The notes under the pieces were generated by a model, which worked only from the letters and a program-made list of their open reading frames with translations, did no database searches and was not told the DNA's origin. A stretch of 57,383 nucleotides of DNA from Akkermansiaceae bacterium (lineage in GTDB: Bacteria; Verrucomicrobiota; Verrucomicrobiia; Verrucomicrobiales; Akkermansiaceae). Below are positions 50,275 through 57,383 of this stretch, piece after piece (the stretch's first letter is position 1; each line of letters opens with the position of its first letter). The translations under genes and the position numbers were made by a program. The stretch is taken from assembly GCA_041740475.1 (NCBI GenBank), contig JBGSLX010000021.1, positions 1 to 57,383 on the forward strand, written 5' to 3'.

Positions 50275-52771
50275 ATGACCACTCCCGCCGCGACCCCGAT
50301 GATGGCCCAATACCTGGCCATGCGGAAATCGCTGCCTGCGGACATCATCTTGTTTTACCGCCTCGGGGACTTCTACGAGATGTTTTTCGAGGATGCGAAA
50401 ACCGCCGCTCCCATTCTCAACGTGGCCCTCACCAAGCGCGGCGGCACGCCCATGTGCGGCGTCCCCTACCACGCCGCGCAGGGCTACATCGCCCGCCTGC
50501 TCAAGGCGAACAAACGCGTCGCCATCGCCGAGCAAACCTCCGAGCCCAAACCCGGAAAACTCGTCGAACGCGAAATCGCCCGCATCCTCTCCCCCGGCTC
50601 CATCGACGACCTCACGCTGCTCGACGACCAGCGCCCAAACTACCTCGCCGCCGTTTTCCGCCACGGAAAATCCATCGGCCTGGCCTGCATTGATCACACC
50701 ACAGGCCACCATCGCCGAGTTCTCGGAAATCGGCCTGCTCTCCGATGAAATTTCGCGCATTTCTCCATCCGAACTGCTGATCCCCGATCACCAAACCGCC
50801 GAGTTCGGCGCACTCTCTAACTGCATGGCCTACGAGGGCTACGCCTTTTTGCCAGAGCACGCCACGCACTTGCTCAAGGAGCATTTCAGCGTCCACTCGC
50901 TCGATGGTTTTGGCTGCGCCCTTCTCCACGCGGCCAGCGGTGCGTCAGGCGCGTTGCTCCATTACCTGATCCACACTCTGCACCGCCCGTGCGGGCACTT
51001 GCGGCCACCCCATTTGCGGGAAAATTCCGACTTTGTTCTGATCGATGCCGCCTCGCAGCGCAATCTCGACCTCGTCGAATCTCGCGCTGGCAAATCCCAC
51101 ACGCTGCTCGGCGTGCTCGACCGCACCGCCACACCGATGGGTGCCCGCCTCTTGCGCGATTGGATTCTGCACCCGCTGCGCGACCTCGCCACCCTCACCG
51201 CCCGCCAAGACATCATCGCCGCTTTTCTCGCCGAGCCTTTTTTACTCTCAAAATGCCGAGAATCCCTCAAAGGCATCCGCGATATCGAGCGCACCACATC
51301 CCGGCTCTCGCAAAACTCCGGAAACGCCCGCGACCTCCAGTCCCTCGCCATCTCGCTCTCCCACATACCCGCCCTCAAGCAGGATCTGTCTTCCCTCTTC
51401 TCATCCACAATCCACAATCCACGATCCACAATCACCGAAGGTCTCCACGACTTCACCAACCTCACCACCCTACTCACCGCCGCGCTCGCCGACGAACCGC
51501 CATCCAATCTCCGCGACGGCGGCATCATCCGCGATGGCTGGTCGCCCGAACTCGATGAACTCCGCGATGCCTCGCGCGGCGGCAAGGACTGGATCGCACG
51601 CCTCCAAGAAGACGAACGCAAACGCACCGGCATCGACTCCTTGAAAATCAAATTCAACAACGTCTTCGGCTACTTCATCGAGATCACCACCAGCCACCTT
51701 GCGAAGGTCCCGGACGACTACACGCGCAAGCAAACCATGTCGAACGCCGAGCGCTACATCACCCCGGCGCTCAAGGAGATGGAAAACAAAGTCCTCGGTG
51801 CCGAAGAACGCTCGAAAAAACTCGAAGCCGAGCTCTTCGCCCAGCTCCGCGCCCAAGTCGTCACCCACCTCACTCAGCTCCAAGAAACTGCCGCCGCCAT
51901 CGCGGAAATCGACGTGCTCTGCGCTCTCGCGGAGGTCGCTCAATTCCACCGCCACTGCCGCCCGCTTCTGAACGAAGGCCTAAGTTTCTTCGTCACCAAT
52001 GGCCGCCATCCCGTGCTCGAACAAACACTCACCGATTCCAAGTTTGTCCCCAACGATACCGGGCTCGATCCCGATACCGCCCGTCTCCAGATCCTCACCG
52101 GGCCAAACATGGCGGGAAAATCCACCTACATCCGCCAAATCGCGCTCATCGCAGTGATGGCGCAGATCGGTGCTTATGTCCCTGCCGAGTCTGCTACTCT
52201 GGGCCTAGTAGATCGCATCTTCTGCCGCGTCGGCGCGTCCGATGACCTCTCACGCGGCCAATCCACTTTCATGGTCGAGATGAGCGAGACCGCGCTCATC
52301 CTCAATCACGCCACCGACCGCTCACTCGTCATCCTCGATGAAATCGGTCGCGGCACCGCCACCTTTGACGGCCTTTCGATCGCCTGGGCCGTCGCCGAGC
52401 ACCTGCACGACAGCATCGGCTGTCGCACCCTTTTCGCCACCCACTACCACGAGCTCACCGACCTCGCGAACACCAAACAAGCCGTCGCCAACTACAATGT
52501 CGCCGTCCGCGAGTGGAACGAAGAAATCATCTTCCTCCACAAAATTCTCCCCGGCGCTGCCGACAAGTCCTACGGCATCCAAGTCGCTCGTTTGGCCGGC
52601 CTGCCCAAAGCCGTCGTCGAGCGCGCCAAGTCCATCCTCTCCCACCTCGAACTCCACTCGGTAAAACCCGAGCAGAAAAAACAAGGCCCCAAAGCCAAGA
52701 ACACCGTCCAAGATCAAAACCAACTCCCCAAACCCAACCCACCACAGCTCGACCTCTTCGCCGATTTTTAA
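50275..52771 (+). pseudogene. mutS: DNA mismatch repair protein MutS, frameshifted near 50706
   Basis: Domain I (TPMMAQY, RLGDFYEMF, MCGVP) is in the frame of 50275 and ends at stop 50748; the rest (TPMGARLL, TGPNMAGKST, STFMVE, DEIGRGT, FATHYHEL) is in a different frame ending at 52771. Confidence 0.88.
51403..51433 (+). repeat. 7-bp tandem repeat inside mutS
   Basis: ATCCACA ATCCACA ATCCACG ATCCACA ATC, encoding STIHNPRSTI. Confidence 0.9.
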
Positions 52772-52839
52772 AAAGTGGCGGCAGCTTTATCGGCCAAGGG
52801 ATTGAACCAACGCCGACGCAGTGGTGAGGGCCGCTGATC

Positions 52840-53946
52840 TCAGAATGGATAGCGCAAGATCGCGGCCAAGCTGCCGCCACCGGGGATGTCCTGACGTCGC
52901 TCGCCGAGAACTCGGGCACCCGTTGCCAGTGCGAGTGCCGCAATCTGGTCCAATAGTCCATGCGATCCGACCCCGATTTCGATGCTGCCATTCTCGTGAA
53001 CGATGCCTGTTTCTTCATCATCGATATCGACAATGAGTGTGCTAATGGCACCAAAAGTCGCGGCGCGGGCGGCGTGGGCGACGTCGGATGTCGAACGACC
53101 TTCACTCGAACGCTGAGCGAACAAATCGTGAAGGCTCTTGAGTTCCTCGTCGTGAACTCGGTCGAGAATGGAGCGGGATGCCTGAGCGAGATCGGCATCA
53201 GTGGTCTCATCGGAATTTCCACCAATGCTTTCACCTACCAAATGTGGATAGCTATTGATCGAGCGATAAATGGCATCCAGCGGCTGAACGGCGGCGAGAA
53301 TCAGTGGCAACTCGCTGCCTGCTAGAATGGTGCGCAATGCACGATCGATCTCGCGGCAAAACATTCCCAAACGGACTTTCTGGCCTTCGCTGCCTTGAAG
53401 ACGGCCCTTGGCTTCTCTGCCCAAGATGGAAGTCTTACCCGCAGCACTGGCGACGTCTTTGGGCAATCCGGCGACTTTGATTTCGACAGCGGGTAGGTCA
53501 CCCGTGACCTCGACGAGGCGCACGCCACCTTGAGAAAGCGCCAACACAAATGCAGAGCGCGGGGTGGTGATCGCCCTCAACAGCGGTTTCACAAAAAAGC
53601 GATCTGATGCCTCGACCCGCGCACTCAATGCATGTGGCAGACGGAATGTGATCGTTTTCTCGGGAGCCACCAGCACGGCCAAGCTGTGAGCCTGAAAACG
53701 CCAGAACTCATCGTCTTCCTCGATTTCCTCAAGTGCATCACTGATGGCTCGCAGGTCATCCGACCCCACACCGATGAGTTCTAGTTTTGCGAGTCCTTCG
53801 CGAATCTGATTCTTAAAAACCAGACGATCGTGCTGGGTTTCCTGAGTCAGGGGTGAAGTCGGCAAATAGATGCTCAACACAGCGGCTGCGCGAAACTCGG
53901 TGAGGTTTTGAATTTCCTGACGGGACGGAATATCGACGGGTAACAT
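52840..53946 (-). CDS. Bacterial aeRF1-like (baeRF) protein
   Basis: LSIYLPT, SLAVLV, FFVKPLLR, FVLALS, C-terminal L7Ae-like domain ending LAAILRYPF. Confidence 0.8.
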   Translation of the reverse strand: MLPVDIPSRQEIQNLTEFRAAAVLSIYLPTSPLTQETQHDRLVFKNQIREGLAKLELIGVGSDDLRAISDALEEIEEDDEFWRFQAHSLAVLVAPEKTITFRLPHALSARVEASDRFFVKPLLRAITTPRSAFVLALSQGGVRLVEVTGDLPAVEIKVAGLPKDVASAAGKTSILGREAKGRLQGSEGQKVRLGMFCREIDRALRTILAGSELPLILAAVQPLDAIYRSINSYPHLVGESIGGNSDETTDADLAQASRSILDRVHDEELKSLHDLFAQRSSEGRSTSDVAHAARAATFGAISTLIVDIDDEETGIVHENGSIEIGVGSHGLLDQIAALALATGARVLGERRQDIPGGGSLAAILRYPF

Positions 53947-54099
53947 GATTGAATTGGGGATAGGTGATGATGAATGATTAATAATGACTGATAGGCACAT
54001 CCAAACCAAGCCACTTCATCAACGTGTGGCAACCGGAATTCAGCACAAAATCCCTCCCTATCAGGCAAACGATCCTCAGGGAAAAAGTGACACCTGTTA

Positions 54100-54340
54100 T
54101 GGCGCAGTCCGGTCACCTTGAAAGTGAGCGTGCAGCTTCCTGAGTGCAGAATTTTCAGTGAAGGTGATGATCCCGGTGGGGCGGTTGACTCCAAGGGTGA
54201 GTGTCGGGGCTTTGAAGACGTCAATGCCTGTGAAACTGGCAAAAAAACGGCCCCATCGGCGATGTTGCCGATGGGGCCGGTGTCTGCGACATTCAAGTCG
54301 CCTGTAGTGGCAACCGTGCCGGATGGTACGGTTGCCAAGG
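54100..54340 (-). pseudogene. Frameshifted remnant of a beta-rich surface protein
   Basis: ATVPSGTVATTGDLNVADTGPIGNIADGAVF, shift at A7 (54241-54247) to FASFTGIDVFKAPTLTLGVNRPTGIITFT, back to GSCTLTFKVTG. Confidence 0.4.
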
Positions 54341-54350
54341 TGATTCAGGC

Positions 54351-57272
54351 TTATCTTTCTGCCTTGATGCGGCCGAAGAGTTTGCCGGCGGCAGCTTCCG
54401 AGGAGGAGACCGTCGCTTCCACGGAGTTGAGTGGGCTTCCAGCAGTCACATCGAAGGTGACACCACTGGTGGGTCCACCGTCCACGTCTGGAACATTCAC
54501 ACTGGTCCATGGATCTGAGATGCCAAGATCGCTACTGTGCTCAAGAACCAGCACGGCACCGTCGCGCTCCGATGACTCTAGCATGCTAAACGACATAATG
54601 AGACTCCCGCCCACTTGAGATACATCGGGCAGCATACCAAGAGCGTTTTCATCTGGGGAGTCTGCACCGAGCAACCAAGCAAGGCCGTTGTCCACACCGT
54701 CGTTGTTTTCATCGCCATCGAAGTCCACGCCCGGGCCAGCCCAGGTGACAAAGGGGTCGGAAGCAGCCGCGCCAGTAACGACCAATTCGAGGTCGGTGCC
54801 GGTGAATTGCAGCGTACCCTGAGCCGGGCCAGCACCGAGGGTGCCGCTCAGATTGGCAGCATCAAGGGTGCCTACCACACTGGACGCGCCAGTGATTAAC
54901 TTATAGGTGCCGTTTTCCAAACCGGAAAGAGTGCTGAAGTTGAAATCGCTAAAGCCAAGCACGCCCGGTGTTGGGCTGGCGGGTCCGATGGTTAGAACAC
55001 CGCCGACAACGATCTTGTCACTGGCTGCGATCGGGCCGAGCTCGAAGTTCAACTTTCCAGCACCAGCCGCTTGTGCTGCCACGTTGAGAGTCGAATTCAA
55101 TGTCAGAGTGCCGACTCCGGCGTTTCCGGGGGCCAGACTACCTGCGGCGGCCACGGTGACTGCGCCGCCGAGAGTGCCGATGCCACCGAGGGTGCCGCCG
55201 TTAACGCTGACTGCGCCCGTGGTGAGAGGCGAATTGCCATTGATGAGCAACGTGCCAAGGCTCACTACCGTGGGGCCGACGTAGGTGTTGGGACCATTCA
55301 GGACCCAAGTGCTGTCGCCGTTCTTGGTAATCCGGGTGTCGCCTTCGTCCAGTACTCCCCCCACGGCATCGCTGATCACACCGTCAATGCGGTTGCCAGT
55401 GCTGGTGCCAGAGAGAGTCAGGGTGTTGAAGTTGGCACCTGGCACAGCCAAGAAACCACTCATCGGGTTGGTCACGTTGCCGGTGATGACGAGGCTCGCC
55501 GAGGTCGGGTTAATGGTGTTGGTTTGCCCCGCGAGTGGATTCAGAGCGAAGCTGGGAAGCGTGAGCGTGTAACCGTTGGCACCGGTCACATTGAGCGTGC
55601 GGGCTCCAACGGTTGCCTGGATGAGCGGCCCGAGGTTGACGGTGTTGCTCGTGTTTGCCGTCAAGTTCCCGACGTTGATGGTAGAACTGGCGGACAACTG
55701 GACGTTGTAACCTGCTGCATTGCTAGTGCTGCCGTAGATGATGGCGCCGTCGTTGCCAGCACCGTCGTTGCGCAGGCTGAGGGTTCCGCCATTGAGATTG
55801 ATTGCATTGGCCGCCACCGAATCGCCGAGTCCATTGGAGGAATCATTCACCTGCAGCGTTCCACCCGAGATGGTGTTGTTGCCAGTGTAGGTGTTATTAC
55901 CAGAAATGATCCAGTTACCCACACCTGATTTGGCAAGCGCGAGTTTCAAGTTGGTGTTCAGGTCAATAATGGTTCCGCTGATTTCGTTTGCATCGGTGTT
56001 GGAGCCACCAAGCGTCAATGTCCGTGTTGTAACAGCATCTGGTCTCGTGGTGTTGAAAGCCGCATTGGTGAACTTCAAGCCCGTGCCGCCATTCGTGCCG
56101 TTGGCAGCGATAGAAGCACCGCCGTTGACGTTTGCGCCGTTGTTGTTGCCGATTTGAACCTGGCGGGTGGTGGTCGCACTGTTACCGGTATAATTGAGCG
56201 TGCCGGTTTGGACGCCTTGCCCTAACTTTAGACCATTGGTGCCAAGACCCAGATTGCTGGCCACGGTGTCCGAAATGCTCCCCACAGTCAGGGTTCCTGA
56301 AGGAACATCCACCAGACCGGTGTGGGAGTTACTTCCCGTCAAGATCCAAGTGCTGAAACCACCTTTGGTGATACTGAGTACCCCGGTGCCATTGTCCACG
56401 AGGTTTCCTTGGAACGTGTTAGGTCCCGCATCACCGCCCAGTGTGAATGTTTTATTGGTGGCGGTGGTGTTGGTAAACGTACCGTTGAACGTCAAATTAC
56501 CCAAGGTGGACACGTTGATCGCACCGCTGCCCAGCAAGTTGATGGCGCGATCAATCGAACCTGTGGGTGCGATCGCCGAGACTGAACCGACGGTGTTGAA
56601 AGTGAGCGTGCCGCCGTTGAAGTTGATGGCGCTTCCTTGACCGATGGAGCTGGCAATACCGGAGGGCTGTATCGAATTCGCGATCACGGCTCCGGTATTA
56701 ATGTTCATGTCTCCCGCGAAGGTATTGGCCGTATTTCCGAGGCCCAGATTGGAGCCCCCGTTTTTGGTCAGACTGTAGGGACCAAAACCGTCTTCACTGA
56801 TCAGGCCGAAGACATTCAAAGGATGCGATCTCGTCCCGTTTGTAGGTTGGTTGAAGATCCGTGAGTCATTGAGCACCAAGTTCAAGTTGAGGGTGTCCGT
56901 AAATGAGGAATTCGCAGGTGCGGAGCCGGACATTGATGACGTGACATTGCCACCGAGGGTGACAGTTTGGCTCAAATCCGCCGCTCCTACAATGAACTGT
57001 GTTCTTTGGGTAAGAACCACCGGTGGGCCAGCCGCAGCCTCTACGCCGTTGTTGACGAAATTGATGGCACCTACTGTGAGCGGGGTTATGTCGTTGTTCA
57101 GAGGCATATTGACCGGAGTACCATAGGTGGCACCACCGAAATTCAGGACCACTCCGTCGGCTGGTACACTTGGTAGAAGCAAGGTGGCGGTGTCCACCCA
57201 GTTGCCGCTCTCGTTCCAAGCGGTGCTGGTGGCACCGGTCCACGTTAACCCAAGTTTCTCAAAGCCTAACAT
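54351..57272 (-). CDS. Autotransporter-associated beta-strand repeat protein, no barrel and no signal peptide
   Basis: Repeats TKGGFSTWILTGSNSHTG, KSGVGNWIISGNNTYTG, TKNGDSTWVLNGPNTYVG; DENNDGVDN motif; ends KLFGRIKAER. Confidence 0.88.
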   Translation of the reverse strand: MLGFEKLGLTWTGATSTAWNESGNWVDTATLLLPSVPADGVVLNFGGATYGTPVNMPLNNDITPLTVGAINFVNNGVEAAAGPPVVLTQRTQFIVGAADLSQTVTLGGNVTSSMSGSAPANSSFTDTLNLNLVLNDSRIFNQPTNGTRSHPLNVFGLISEDGFGPYSLTKNGGSNLGLGNTANTFAGDMNINTGAVIANSIQPSGIASSIGQGSAINFNGGTLTFNTVGSVSAIAPTGSIDRAINLLGSGAINVSTLGNLTFNGTFTNTTATNKTFTLGGDAGPNTFQGNLVDNGTGVLSITKGGFSTWILTGSNSHTGLVDVPSGTLTVGSISDTVASNLGLGTNGLKLGQGVQTGTLNYTGNSATTTRQVQIGNNNGANVNGGASIAANGTNGGTGLKFTNAAFNTTRPDAVTTRTLTLGGSNTDANEISGTIIDLNTNLKLALAKSGVGNWIISGNNTYTGNNTISGGTLQVNDSSNGLGDSVAANAINLNGGTLSLRNDGAGNDGAIIYGSTSNAAGYNVQLSASSTINVGNLTANTSNTVNLGPLIQATVGARTLNVTGANGYTLTLPSFALNPLAGQTNTINPTSASLVITGNVTNPMSGFLAVPGANFNTLTLSGTSTGNRIDGVISDAVGGVLDEGDTRITKNGDSTWVLNGPNTYVGPTVVSLGTLLINGNSPLTTGAVSVNGGTLGGIGTLGGAVTVAAAGSLAPGNAGVGTLTLNSTLNVAAQAAGAGKLNFELGPIAASDKIVVGGVLTIGPASPTPGVLGFSDFNFSTLSGLENGTYKLITGASSVVGTLDAANLSGTLGAGPAQGTLQFTGTDLELVVTGAAASDPFVTWAGPGVDFDGDENNDGVDNGLAWLLGADSPDENALGMLPDVSQVGGSLIMSFSMLESSERDGAVLVLEHSSDLGISDPWTSVNVPDVDGGPTSGVTFDVTAGSPLNSVEATVSSSEAAAGKLFGRIKAER

Positions 57273-57323
57273 AAATCTCTTATTTTAAGCCGATATCAGG
57301 CTATTTTGGAGTTAAAATAGTCA

Positions 57324-57336
57324 TAACTCATTGATA
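57324..57336. promoter_or_regulatory. IHF-binding consensus in AT-rich block
   Basis: TAACTCATTGATA matches YAANNNNTTGATW. Confidence 0.5.
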
Positions 57337-57383
57337 ATTGATCCGAATTATCGTTTTGTAGTGCCTAATGAAATATCATAGTT

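Noticed and set aside
50700-50748. Programmed ribosomal frameshift in mutS
   Set aside because: No slippery sequence, and conserved residues are missing, which points to a deletion
52775-52835. tRNA fragment (GGTTCAATCCC ... GCCA on the minus strand)
   Set aside because: T stem and acceptor stem do not pair and no cloverleaf forms

Overview
Chromosomal segment of a Verrucomicrobia bacterium (Luteolibacter/Verrucomicrobiales-like, inferred from Verru_Chthon-type pseudopilins, ECF-sigma/FecR-LamG pairs and barrel-less passenger-repeat proteins). It is mostly housekeeping and metabolic: mreBCD-mrdA-rne/rng, pyk, rho, yebC, galE, gltBD, mutS, surface-glycan genes, and a sigma-54-type porin-urtA-ureABC nitrogen operon that lacks urtBCDE and ureDEFG. 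Accessory parts are two AAA-DUF4143 ATPases at the left end, a three-gene pseudopilin cassette, an ECF sigma/LamG anti-sigma/pilin-like/GH128 module and a passenger-repeat surface protein at the right end. The most notable observations are a frameshifted mutS that also carries a 7-bp tandem repeat, an in-frame TAG in a metallophosphoesterase, a tandem-HTH histone-like protein, a heptamer-built hairpin between gltB and gltD, and a signal-less surface-protein gene whose ATG sits in a dif/XerD-arm-like motif next to an IHF consensus. No tRNA, rRNA, CRISPR array, transposase or integrase was recognised. All family assignments come from motif recognition by eye, not database searches.
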